Shown here one piece after another: positions 10,077 to 19,573 of a stretch of DNA of 64,000 nucleotides (position 1 is the stretch's first letter; every line of letters starts with the position of its first letter). The stretch is from Candidatus Eiseniibacteriota bacterium. Lineage in GTDB: Bacteria > Eisenbacteria > RBG-16-71-46 > CAZAMP01. The stretch covers positions 5,152,001 through 5,216,000 of the forward strand of contig OZ245046.1 in NCBI GenBank assembly GCA_965224245.1, read 5' to 3'. A program made the translations under genes and the position numbers. Under the pieces are notes generated by a model. The model did not search any database. It worked only from the letters and a program-made list of their open reading frames with translations, and had not been told where the DNA came from.

Positions 10077-10391
10077 CTACTGTGAGCTCTCGGTGGAGCT
10101 GTACGTGTACGACGACACCCGGCCGCCCGCGTCGAAGCTGATCTTCAGGTCCTTCGCCCGGGGCGTGCCGAAGAGCGCATACCGGTAGTGTGCATAGGTC
10201 CACGTGCGTTCGCCGTCCTCGACTCCCGTCCGCCACGGGTCGCCGAAGAGACGCTGCACGTCCGCCTGCGTCGTCTCGCCGATCTTCAACACGGTGACCG
10301 GCTCGGACGCGAAGTCGTGTCCGACGGTCGCGCAGGCGGAGAGCCCCGCGACCGCGAGCGGGAGGGCACAGCGGAGGATGCGAGGGCGCAC
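10077..10391 (-). CDS. SmpA/BamE-like lipoprotein
   Basis: Lipobox LSAC. 'LKIGETTQADVQRLFGDP...WTY...LKISFD..GRV' BamE-like pattern. GTG at 10391 after AAAGGAG. Confidence 0.75.
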   Translation of the reverse strand: MRPRILRCALPLAVAGLSACATVGHDFASEPVTVLKIGETTQADVQRLFGDPWRTGVEDGERTWTYAHYRYALFGTPRAKDLKISFDAGGRVSSYTYSSTESSQ

Positions 10392-10490
10392 ACGAGCTCC
10401 TTTCCACGATCGTGATCGGGTCCAGCCCCGGATGGCGCACGGCATGTTTGCGTCGATGCCGTGAAACCGAGGTGAGCCGTGATCCTACGC

Positions 10491-11162
10491 TCAGAGGCCG
10501 ATCGCGTCGAGGTCCAGTCCGGACTCCCGCTCCGCGAGCTCGGGTACCAGCTCGCAGAGACGCTTCCGTAGCGCCAGCCGGGCGCGGTTGACGCGACTGC
10601 GGACGGTGCCGCCCGGGATGGCCAGCACGTCGCCGACCTCCTCGTAGGAGAGCCCGCGAATGTCGCGCAGGATCAGGATCTCCCGGTGGATCGGGGGCAG
10701 GTCGTCGATCGCCCGGTGCACGAGACGAGCGGTGTCGTGCTGCTGCATCTGCCGGTCGGCGGGCACGTCGTCCTCGTTGGGCAGGTGCAGCGTGCCCGAC
10801 TCGTTGGTGCCGGTGACGGGATCGATCGGCACGCTGGAGCCCCGTCGCTTCATCGACCGGAGCTCGTTGCGCGCGATGTTCAGCGCGATGGTGTACAGCC
10901 ACGTGTAGAACTTGCCCACGCGGCGATACGTCCGGCGGTGCCGGTGCACTCGTACGAAGACGTCCTGCGCGAGGTCCTCGGCCCGGTGGCGGTCGTTGAT
11001 GACCCGGGTGATCAGCCCGACGATCTTGGCCGAGTACCGGTCGACCAGGACGCGAAACGCGTCATCGGACCCGCCGGCGCAGGCCTCCATGAGGTCCTCG
11101 TCGCTCTGGACCGAGAGCCCGGGCGGGGCGGGGGTCGGAAACGGGATGATGTTCGTCGTCAT
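10491..11162 (-). CDS. ECF sigma factor, paralog B
   Basis: AEDLAQDVFVRV, FYTWLYTIALNIARNELR, LSYEEVGDVLAIPGGTVRSRVNRAR. Closely similar to 2773..3450. Confidence 0.92.
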   Translation of the reverse strand: MTTNIIPFPTPAPPGLSVQSDEDLMEACAGGSDDAFRVLVDRYSAKIVGLITRVINDRHRAEDLAQDVFVRVHRHRRTYRRVGKFYTWLYTIALNIARNELRSMKRRGSSVPIDPVTGTNESGTLHLPNEDDVPADRQMQQHDTARLVHRAIDDLPPIHREILILRDIRGLSYEEVGDVLAIPGGTVRSRVNRARLALRKRLCELVPELAERESGLDLDAIGL

Positions 11163-11210
11163 GCTCCACGTTGCTCCTCGGTAGGGGTCGGAGTCGAGCC
11201 CCAACACTGG

Positions 11211-11239
11211 TTAGACAGCGATGCAGGGTGGAACGTTCC
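11211..11239 (-). promoter_or_regulatory. Putative ECF-type (-35 GGAAC / -10 GTCTAA) promoter upstream of paralog B
   Basis: The minus strand reads GGAAC-N18-GTCTAA about 50 nt upstream of ATG 11162, resembling RpoE-type promoters. Confidence 0.45.
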
Positions 11240-11327
11240 GGAAGATTTGGGGTACACATGCTAACTGATTTGCTCGTAATCTGTTGAATGGATCGAGGGG
11301 GCGGACCGCCCCGGAAGGAGGACGAGA

Positions 11328-11738
11328 ATGAGCGTCCAGGAACGGATCGACGCGTTCTTGAACGGTGCGCCCCACGCCGTCGTCGGTGCCTCGCGCGATC
11401 GATCCAAGTACGGCAACAAGGTGCTTCGCGTCTACATGCAGGCCGGTCGCGAGGTCTACCCGGTCAACCCGACCGGGGGCGAGATCGAGGGGCTCACCGC
11501 GTACGCGTCACTGGATGCGGTCCCCCCGCGTGTGCACGGCGTCTCGATCATCACGCCGGCGAGGGTCACCGAGAAGGTGGTCGAGACGGCCGCGGAGCTG
11601 GGTATCCAGCACGTCTGGATGCAGCCGGGGGCCGAGAGCGACGCGGCCGTGGCCAGGGCCGAGGAGCTGGGTCTCAGCGTGATCTCCGGCGGACCGTGCA
11701 TTCTGGTCGTGCTCGGGTATCGCGAGCAGCACACCTGA
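11328..11738 (+). CDS. CoA-binding protein (YccU-like)
   Basis: AVVGASRDRSKYG, VYPVNP, VWMQPGAES, GPCILV. Confidence 0.9.
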   Translation: MSVQERIDAFLNGAPHAVVGASRDRSKYGNKVLRVYMQAGREVYPVNPTGGEIEGLTAYASLDAVPPRVHGVSIITPARVTEKVVETAAELGIQHVWMQPGAESDAAVARAEELGLSVISGGPCILVVLGYREQHT

Positions 11739-11784
11739 GGCGGTCCCGACGCGCGACCGAGGTGGATCCGGCCGCGTCGGCGGC

Positions 11785-12612
11785 TCACCCCTCGATCGCG
11801 GCCTCCAGCACGGCGCGATGGCGAGCCATCCAGGCCGCGCTCCGCGTCCGCCACGTGATCGCCCAGAGTGACGACGCGTCGAGAGTCTCGGCGGTCACCG
11901 AGCCGTCGATGGCCTGCTGCGCGGCGTCCTGGATGGCGAACTCGATCATGAGCTCCACGAAGCCCGACCGATCGGCGCCGCTCAGGCCGTAGCCATCGAG
12001 GAGCAGCCGCGCCTGCCGCGCCCGACGCTCGGGCGACTCGAGCCCCTCCTTGCGCGCAACGTCGTCGTCGAAGAGCCGCGCGTTGAGCCAGCATGCCTGC
12101 GCGAGCTCCACGTCCCGGTCGACGGGCCCGGCCACCTCCCAGTCGATCAGTGCGACCGGGCAGCCGTCGCGCGCCACGATGTTCCAGGGCGCGGGGTCCC
12201 CGTGACCGACCACGCGCGCCGAGCCGCCGAGCGATCGGCCGAACCACGGGCGCCACGCGGCGTCGGGACCGGGATCGAACGTGGCGGTCGCGTCGTGGAG
12301 GCGGCGCAGCATCCGACCCACCGCGTGGATCGAGGCGTCGCTCCACGCCTTGGCGACCGTCTCCCCCTCGATGTAGTACAGCGCCTCGCACCCTCTGCCG
12401 TCGAAGCCATCGCCGACGAGACGAGGTGAGCCGGCGAATCCGGCCTCCTCGAGATGCCTCAGCAGCGCGTGGACCGAGGGTGTCCACGGGCGGACGTCCC
12501 GCAGGACGACGTCGTCTCGACGGGCGACGCGGCTGCGACCGCCGCCGTGGAGCTCGACCTCGGAGGTGTCGGGCTCGCGGCGTTCGGCTGGATTCGACAT
12601 GCGATGCTCCAT
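11785..12612 (-). CDS. Aminoglycoside phosphotransferase (APH)-like kinase
   Basis: HGDPAPWNIV and LIDWE catalytic motifs. N-terminal 'SVHALLRHLEEAGFAGSPR'. Confidence 0.8.
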   Translation of the reverse strand: MEHRMSNPAERREPDTSEVELHGGGRSRVARRDDVVLRDVRPWTPSVHALLRHLEEAGFAGSPRLVGDGFDGRGCEALYYIEGETVAKAWSDASIHAVGRMLRRLHDATATFDPGPDAAWRPWFGRSLGGSARVVGHGDPAPWNIVARDGCPVALIDWEVAGPVDRDVELAQACWLNARLFDDDVARKEGLESPERRARQARLLLDGYGLSGADRSGFVELMIEFAIQDAAQQAIDGSVTAETLDASSLWAITWRTRSAAWMARHRAVLEAAIEG

Positions 12613-12717
12613 TACGGCCGGTGGCGGCGGCGGACGGCCGTCGTCGCCCGCTCCCGTGGGATCGACAACCCCACAAGGATCGGCACGCGTGCCCGAGAAG
12701 TTGACCCCGGCGACCGA

Positions 12718-14658
12718 TCAGCGCGCGGACAGGGCGCGCGTCACGAGCTTCTCGGCCCCTCCGGCGGCCACGAGCTCCTGGGGTACGCGACCCAGCGCCG
12801 CGAACGCGAACTCGCGACCGTCGCAGCGCACGATCGAGTCCCGGAAGTCGACCTCGATGTCGCCGGCCACGATCGTCGGCGCGTCCGGGGTCGGATGCTC
12901 GGCTCGGAGGTGCTCCACCAGCTCGGGGCACTCGAACACCGGGAAGCCGTTGTTGAACGCGTTCCGCTTGTACGTCTCCGAGAAGCTGATGGCGATCACG
13001 CACGGCACCCCGCGGTACGCGAGGGCGGTCGCCGCCTGCTCCCGCGAGGAGCCGGTGCCGAAGTTGCGACCCCCGACGATGACGTCACCCCGCCGGTATA
13101 CCTCGCCGAAGCGGGGATCGTGGTTCTCGAACACCACCTTCGCCATCTCCTCGGGCGTCATGTCGTCCTGGTACGTCCACTTTCCGGCGAAGATGCCGTC
13201 GGTGTTCAGGTTGTCGGCCGGCATGAGGAGCGCGCGGCCCGAGACCGTCTCGGGGAAGCCGTCGAGGATCTCGACCGTGTTCGCGGCGCGCGGCTTCGGT
13301 GCGCTCACCGATGCCGACTTCCGCGCCGGCGTGACGGCGAACCGCGTCGGAGACGTGATGTATCCGGCCACCGCCGACGCCGCGACGACCGCCGGCGAGC
13401 CCAGATACACCTCGGCCTCGCGGCTCCCCATGCGTCCCTTGAAGTTCCGGTTCGTGGCGCTGATGCCGACCTCGCCGTCCTCGATCGTGCCGGCGCCGAG
13501 GCCGATGCAGGGTCCACACCCCGACGGCAACGGGATCGCGCCCGCGTCGGTGAGGCTCTTCCACGTGCCGTCCGCCTCGGCGACGGCCTGGATCTCGGCC
13601 GACGCGGCGGCGAAGTAGAACTCGACGCCGTCGGCCACGCGCTTGCCGCGAACCACCGCCGCGGCGTCACGCAGATCCTCGAGACGCGCGTTCACGCAGC
13701 TCAGGAGGTAGGCCTTCTGAATGGCGACACGCTTCGCCTCGATCTCCGGGATCGACGTCATCGTCTTGACGTGGTTGGGCCCCGACACGTGCGGGATCAC
13801 GGTGGCGAGATCCAGCTCCAGCTCGGCGGCGTACGTCGCGTCGACGTCGGCCTCGAGCCGCTCGGTGTACCACGCATCGACGTGGTTGCGCGTGTACCGG
13901 TCGGTCCGGCCGGCGCGAGCGAACGCATCGGCCCGGCTGCGGAGATAGTGGCCGAGCACGGCGTCGAACGGGAACACGCCGGCCAGCGCGCCCCACTCGG
14001 TGGTCATGTTCGCGATGCTCATGCGCTGGTCCATCGTCAGACCGGCGATGCCGTCGCCGACGAACTCCACGGCGTGGTTCAGCACCTCGTCCTGATTGAA
14101 CAGACCGCAGAGCGCGATGATGACGTCTTTGCCCACCACGCCGGGCCGGAGGGTGCCGGTGAGACGGACCCGCGCGATCTTCGGGACCTGCCACCAGGTC
14201 TGTCCCGTGGCCCAGATCGCCGCCGCGTCGGTGCGTACGACCGGTGTTCCCAGTGCGGCCGCGGCGCCGTACAGATTCGAGTGGGAATCCGAGCCCACGA
14301 CCAGGCTGCCGGGCGTGACGTATCCCTGCTCGACCATGACCTGATGGCTGATGCCCGTGCCCGCAGGATGGAAGTCGATTCCGTGAGTCGTCGCGAACGC
14401 CTCGATCCTGGCGTACTTGGCCAGGTTCGCCTCGGACCGGTTCTGGATGTCGTGATCGATCGCGAAGACCGGCTGCCGCGGGTCGTGCACGCGCGTGGCC
14501 CCGATCGACTCGAACTTGGGGATGACCGCACCGGTGTTGTCGTGCGTCATCACGTGCTTCGGGCGGATCGTCACGTAGTCCCCGGCGTGGACGCGCTCAC
14601 CCTCGGCGAGACCGACGGCGTAGCGGGTGACGATCTTCTCGACGAGGGTCTGACCCAT
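12718..14658 (-). CDS. lysF: Homoaconitase-like aconitase, large and small subunits fused
   Basis: MTHDNT, GISHQ, DSHSN, SCVN, CGPCIG (Fe-S cysteines), TNRNFKGRMG, and a C-terminal swivel domain (NTDGI, NFGTGSSREQA). Confidence 0.8.
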   Translation of the reverse strand: MGQTLVEKIVTRYAVGLAEGERVHAGDYVTIRPKHVMTHDNTGAVIPKFESIGATRVHDPRQPVFAIDHDIQNRSEANLAKYARIEAFATTHGIDFHPAGTGISHQVMVEQGYVTPGSLVVGSDSHSNLYGAAAALGTPVVRTDAAAIWATGQTWWQVPKIARVRLTGTLRPGVVGKDVIIALCGLFNQDEVLNHAVEFVGDGIAGLTMDQRMSIANMTTEWGALAGVFPFDAVLGHYLRSRADAFARAGRTDRYTRNHVDAWYTERLEADVDATYAAELELDLATVIPHVSGPNHVKTMTSIPEIEAKRVAIQKAYLLSCVNARLEDLRDAAAVVRGKRVADGVEFYFAAASAEIQAVAEADGTWKSLTDAGAIPLPSGCGPCIGLGAGTIEDGEVGISATNRNFKGRMGSREAEVYLGSPAVVAASAVAGYITSPTRFAVTPARKSASVSAPKPRAANTVEILDGFPETVSGRALLMPADNLNTDGIFAGKWTYQDDMTPEEMAKVVFENHDPRFGEVYRRGDVIVGGRNFGTGSSREQAATALAYRGVPCVIAISFSETYKRNAFNNGFPVFECPELVEHLRAEHPTPDAPTIVAGDIEVDFRDSIVRCDGREFAFAALGRVPQELVAAGGAEKLVTRALSAR

Positions 14659-14953
14659 GTGAAAGCGTGCTCCTCTCTGGCCCCGAGAACTCCTGGATCC
14701 ACGTGACGGGAATACTACGCTCAGTCACGAGAGCAGGTCACGTCGCGCCGAAGTTGTTGCCGTTTGAGGTCATCCCGACCGCCATCGTTCTCCGTCAGCC
14801 CCGAGTGTGATTCCGATCGTCCCGCCGCGCCTCACGATCGGAATGGGGCGCGGCCTCGCGATCGATCCTCGGCTCGCTTCCGATGCCGCGCACGTCGATC
14901 AATGTTCGATCAGGGATGGCGCGACCCAGGCGCCTCCGAGCTGGAGTGATCCC

Positions 14954-17911
14954 ATGCACACGTCTTCTGTCATTCGGGTACGGCCTTCCGGCCTCCTGGC
15001 CCTGGGGGCCCTGTTCGTCGCGGGGGTGGCGGTGGCCGGCCCCCGCCTGTCCGATCGGGCTCCGGACGACGTCCCGTCGCGGGACGTGATGGCGGCGATC
15101 TCGCGTCCGGATCCATCCGTCCTGCCTCCCCATGGATACGGGAGCCTCGTCCGTCTCTTGATGCAGAACCGGACGGACGTCCGGTCGGGGCTCCTGACCG
15201 AGGCCGAGGCGGCGGCCCGCGGAGGCACCGCGATCGCGGGGAGCCGGGCCTTTCCCGTGTTCCCGTTCCTGTACGACAACACGGGGTCCGCGCCCTTCTC
15301 GCAGGACGACCTCGAGGATCAGCTCTTCACCGGCCCCTGGCCCACGGGAACGATGAAGGAGTACTACGAGGAGGTGTCCTACGGGCTGTTCTCGGTGACC
15401 GGTCACGTGGAGGACTGGTTCACGCTGGACCACGACGACGACTACTACGAGGGCTTCAACAACGGCCTCGACGTGGACGGGAACGTCTACGAGGCGATGG
15501 TCGACATCCTCGATGACCGGGATCCGGGTCTCGACTTCGGTCTCTGGGACAACGACGGTCCGGACGGCGTGCCCAACTCCGGCGACGACGACGGCTACGT
15601 GGACTTCATCATGTTCGTGACCCCCGACCCGAGCGGCGCCTGCGGGGACAACGACAACATCTGGTCCCACACCTGGTTCCTCAGCGGGTGGGGTACCCAC
15701 TACGAGACCGACGACGCGGCCGCCGCCGCGGGGGTGGCCAACATCCGGATCGATCACTACTTCATGTCCGCCGGCATCGACTGCACGCTGCCCCGGCAGC
15801 GCGGCATCGGCACGCACTGTCACGAGTTCGGGCATGCGCTGGGGCTGCCGGACCTCTACGACACCGATGGTGGCTCCGAGGGCATCGGCGACTGGGGCCT
15901 GATGGGCAACGGCAACAACAATACCCAGGATCGTCCGGCTCACTTCACGGCGTTCCACAAGGAGCGCCTGGGATGGCTGCATTACTACGACGTGACCCAG
16001 GACGCCACGCACCTCTGCGTGCCGCCGGTGGAGACTCATCCGGCCGCGGTGCGGCTGTGGACACACGGCCGCGTGGGTGACGAGTACTTCCTGGTCGAGA
16101 ATCGCCAGCAGATCGGATTCGACGACCAGGTCCACGGCACGGGGTTCGTGATCTATCACGTGGACGAACGCGTGTACGCGGCCAATCTCCACGACAACGC
16201 CGTGAACACGGACGAGGCGCACAAGGCCGTCGACGTGGAGTGCGCCGACGCCACCACGGCCGCCCACGTGGCCGACGCCGACGACCTCGACCGGCGTGCG
16301 AACGAAGGCGACGCGGGTGACGTGTGGTGTCCGGCGACGGAGGACACGTTCGACGACACGAGCGTGCCCGACACGCGATCGTGCTCCGGCGGATCCACCG
16401 AGGTCTCCATCCAGAACATCGACGCCTGCACCGGCGTCGTGTGCGCCGACTTCAACGTGGGGAGCGCCTACGTGGCCGATCTCTGCATCCGTGATTGCGT
16501 GAGCGACGGCTGCGACGAGCTCTCACTCTGCGAAGGGTGGTGGGGGAGTCCCGACATCTGGATCGACAACGACGGCGACGGCGTCAGCGATCTTCCGGCC
16601 GACGCCCTCGAGAACGACCTCTGGTTCCGCATCCGGAACGTCGGGCCGGAGCCCCTCAGCGACGTCACCGTGAGCCTCTACTACGGGGACCCGGCGATGG
16701 GTCAGCTCTGGCCGTCTTTCGGTACCTTGATCGAGTCCCGATCGGTGACGTCGATCGACGTGGGTGAGGTGGTGGAGGACTACGTTCCGTTCGTCTATCC
16801 AGCACCGCCGGTCTACGTGGATCACTACTGCATCGGCGCGGTGGTGACACACGAGCTCGACCCGCAGAACAGCGAGTACCCGCCGAACGACAACAACGTG
16901 GCGCAGGTGAACCACCAGGTGCTCGTGAACCGAGCAGGCGGAAGCCTGCTGGCCGCCGGCTGCGGTCCCTTCGTCGAGAAGTCGCGCATCCTGCTGCACG
17001 CCCCGGACGACTACGCGCACGCGGTCGTACGGCTCGGTACGCCGCCGACGTTCGCCGACTACTCGATCCCGCCGGACTGGACCGTGAGCTTCGACCCGGG
17101 ACCTTACGACATCTACGGGACACCCGTGCCGTTCAACCTGACGGTGGAGTCCACGGAAACGACCCACCGTCAGATGGCGCGCATCCCGCTCACGCTGTGG
17201 GATCTGCAGCAGGGCCGCGCGATCGGTGGCGTTCTGATGAACTACGTGATCGACTGCTCCGCACCGAAGCAGGTCGGGGGCCGCGGCGCCGAGTGGCTCT
17301 CTCCGCACGGTGATTATCTCATCGGACCCACCGTGCTCGTGGAGTGGGATCGAGTCACCTCGGACGAGGACGGAGAGCCCGAGATCATCACGCACTACGA
17401 GGTGCAACGCTCGGATGATCACGGTACGCCGTGGACGACCGTGGAGCGCGTGGCGGTGGACGCGGAGCTGGAGATGCCGTGGTTTCAGTGGTACGACGAT
17501 CTCACGAAGACCTGCGACGTCGAGTACTACTATCGTGTACGCGGCGTGGACGCGGCCGGGTCGGTCGGCGCTTACTCCGCGACCATGACGCTGGCTTGCG
17601 AGCCCTTGGACGTGGCGGACACGCCCGGCGCGGTCGGATGGCAGCTCGACGCCGGCACGCCGAACCCGTTCCGGGGGCCGACGGAGATCCGGTACGGGGT
17701 TCCGGTGGCAGGGCCGATCCGACTGGACGTCTTCGACGTGCACGGGCGCCGCGTGCGATCCCTGGTGAACGGCGTCCGGGAGGTCGGTGAGTTCGCCGTG
17801 ACGTGGGACGGCCGCGACGACGGCGGTCGGGACGTGGAGCCGGGGATCTACTTCCATCGTCTCCGCGCGGGCGAGACGACCCTGACCCGGAAGACGACCC
17901 GGGTCGAGTGA
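14954..17911 (+). CDS. Secreted M6 (immune inhibitor A-like) metalloprotease with CARDB-like and FlgD-Ig C-terminal domains
   Basis: Signal peptide, YYEEVSYG, IWSH, HEFGHALGLPDLYD zinc motif, EYFLVENRQ, C-terminal PNPF...WDGRDD.G...PGIYF. Confidence 0.9.
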   Translation: MHTSSVIRVRPSGLLALGALFVAGVAVAGPRLSDRAPDDVPSRDVMAAISRPDPSVLPPHGYGSLVRLLMQNRTDVRSGLLTEAEAAARGGTAIAGSRAFPVFPFLYDNTGSAPFSQDDLEDQLFTGPWPTGTMKEYYEEVSYGLFSVTGHVEDWFTLDHDDDYYEGFNNGLDVDGNVYEAMVDILDDRDPGLDFGLWDNDGPDGVPNSGDDDGYVDFIMFVTPDPSGACGDNDNIWSHTWFLSGWGTHYETDDAAAAAGVANIRIDHYFMSAGIDCTLPRQRGIGTHCHEFGHALGLPDLYDTDGGSEGIGDWGLMGNGNNNTQDRPAHFTAFHKERLGWLHYYDVTQDATHLCVPPVETHPAAVRLWTHGRVGDEYFLVENRQQIGFDDQVHGTGFVIYHVDERVYAANLHDNAVNTDEAHKAVDVECADATTAAHVADADDLDRRANEGDAGDVWCPATEDTFDDTSVPDTRSCSGGSTEVSIQNIDACTGVVCADFNVGSAYVADLCIRDCVSDGCDELSLCEGWWGSPDIWIDNDGDGVSDLPADALENDLWFRIRNVGPEPLSDVTVSLYYGDPAMGQLWPSFGTLIESRSVTSIDVGEVVEDYVPFVYPAPPVYVDHYCIGAVVTHELDPQNSEYPPNDNNVAQVNHQVLVNRAGGSLLAAGCGPFVEKSRILLHAPDDYAHAVVRLGTPPTFADYSIPPDWTVSFDPGPYDIYGTPVPFNLTVESTETTHRQMARIPLTLWDLQQGRAIGGVLMNYVIDCSAPKQVGGRGAEWLSPHGDYLIGPTVLVEWDRVTSDEDGEPEIITHYEVQRSDDHGTPWTTVERVAVDAELEMPWFQWYDDLTKTCDVEYYYRVRGVDAAGSVGAYSATMTLACEPLDVADTPGAVGWQLDAGTPNPFRGPTEIRYGVPVAGPIRLDVFDVHGRRVRSLVNGVREVGEFAVTWDGRDDGGRDVEPGIYFHRLRAGETTLTRKTTRVE

Positions 17912-18220
17912 GCGCGCGGTGGGGGTCCACGTCGCCGGGCGTGTGAGCCGCCATCCGTGGCGGCTTCGGTGGCACGAGCCCGAACGACGCGTGTATCATG
18001 CACGAGCGGATGCCGATCGCCTCAGAATGAGGGTCGTGGGCCCGACGTTCGTCGGTCCCCGACCGGACGACGCCATGGACGCGCCGATGAAGACGATGAC
18101 ATTCCTCGCGAGCGTGTCCATTCGTTCACCTCGGCCACGGCTCGTGGTGGTCGCTGGCAGCGCGTGCGCCTGGTCACCCGGGGTGCCGGGCTTCGGCTCG
18201 ATGGCGGGCGGCGACGTCCG

Positions 18221-19573
18221 ATGACGCGCGGTGTGCTCCACCACGCCGCGCGATACCCGAGCGCGTGGCTCCTGATCGTCGTCGCCGTCTTCTCTGCGCT
18301 CTCGGCATTCGCGCGATCCGATCGCGCACCGGGCGCCGACTTCTATCAGTTCTGGGTCGTCGGGCAGTCCATTCGCGCCGGAGGCCCCCACGACGTGTAC
18401 TCGGATGCCGCTCGTCGGCAGCTGGGTGCCGAGGCGCGCAGCCAGGCGCAGTCGGAGCCTGACTCGCGTCGCGAGGTGATCTCGCGTCATCGCATGGTGC
18501 TCGAGACGTACTCGTCCCCACTGCTCTACACGCTCTTTGCCGCCTTCTCCGGCGGATCCTACGACGAGGACCTCCGTCGTCTTCGATGGGGGACGATCGC
18601 GGCCACGGTCGCCAGCCTGCTGGTCTTCGGCATGGCGGTGGGACACGGCTCGACGTCGCTGGCGATCTTCGTCCTCGCGTTCACGGCCTGGTACGGCCCG
18701 CTCGATTCCGAGCTACGGGTCGGCAACGTGAACACGCTCCTGATGCTCGTCGCCGCGGCGATGATCGCGGCGGCGGGCCGCACCCCCCGCGGACGCTGGG
18801 GCGTGATCCGCGGTGTCGCACTCGGCGCCGGGATCGCGTTCAAGCCGACGCTGCTGGGCGTGCTCGGCCTCGTGCTGCTGGACCGGCTGGTCGGCCGGCG
18901 CTGGTGGGACGCGCGGGCCGAGGCGATCGGCGTACTGGTCGGAGTCACCATCGGCGTGGTCGTCGGCGCGATCGGACTCGGTCCCGGCGCGTGGATCGCG
19001 TGGCTCGGGGCACTCGCCACGCTACCCGACACCATCATCGGCATCCAGGCCGGCAACTTCTCCCTCGCACGCCTGGTCGGCGACGCGATCGGAGACGGTG
19101 CCGCACTCGCCGCGCGGGTGGCCGTGGTCTCGGTCGCGTGCGTCGCGACGTGGCGTGCGGCGCGTGCCCGGCGCTCGAACACCGCCCTCGACGGCGTCGG
19201 AGCCGCGCCGGCGGCGCGATCGCCCGATCGAGAGCACGACGTCGCGGTGACCGCGCTCGCCCTTCTGACGACCGTTCTGGTCTCGCGGCTGTCGTGGCTC
19301 CACTACTACGTACTGGCGGCTCCAGCTTTCGTGTATCTGCTGCGACCTCGCGCGTCCTCGGCGTCGATGGGATCGGCCGCGAGCTCGATCACGATCGCGT
19401 TCACGCTGGCGGGGTTCTGCTGCGTGGCCGTGAGCCCGGCCCCGCTGCTCGGCCTCCGGCTGCAGCCCGAAGGGCTCGCCGTGATGACGATCCTGGGCGC
19501 GACGCTTCTGTTCGCCTCGCTGTCCGCCGACCTGCTCGGCGCGAGCCCGCGCGAGGCTCAGCGTAACCGGTAG
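18221..19573 (+). CDS. GT87-like (DUF2029) polytopic GT-C glycosyltransferase
   Basis: DFYQFW, YSSPLLY, LRVGNVN, AFKP, GNFSL and SWLHY motifs. Many TM segments. Confidence 0.7.
   Translation: MTRGVLHHAARYPSAWLLIVVAVFSALSAFARSDRAPGADFYQFWVVGQSIRAGGPHDVYSDAARRQLGAEARSQAQSEPDSRREVISRHRMVLETYSSPLLYTLFAAFSGGSYDEDLRRLRWGTIAATVASLLVFGMAVGHGSTSLAIFVLAFTAWYGPLDSELRVGNVNTLLMLVAAAMIAAAGRTPRGRWGVIRGVALGAGIAFKPTLLGVLGLVLLDRLVGRRWWDARAEAIGVLVGVTIGVVVGAIGLGPGAWIAWLGALATLPDTIIGIQAGNFSLARLVGDAIGDGAALAARVAVVSVACVATWRAARARRSNTALDGVGAAPAARSPDREHDVAVTALALLTTVLVSRLSWLHYYVLAAPAFVYLLRPRASSASMGSAASSITIAFTLAGFCCVAVSPAPLLGLRLQPEGLAVMTILGATLLFASLSADLLGASPREAQRNR

Noticed and set aside
11785-12612. APH-like and GNAT genes as true antibiotic-resistance determinants
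   Set aside because: Only superfamily-level motifs are visible, with no mobile context or substrate-specific evidence.
12454-14706. Long antisense and alternative-frame ORFs (e.g. 12454..14706, 34066..36303, 43608..46439, 26266..28095)
   Set aside because: Shadow ORFs expected at ~70% GC. They are Arg/Gly-rich, have no motifs and lie opposite well-supported genes.
18074-18224. Short ORF overlapping the GT87-like start (ATGA) as a leader peptide
   Set aside because: No motif, no convincing RBS and no attenuator structure, so it cannot be supported.
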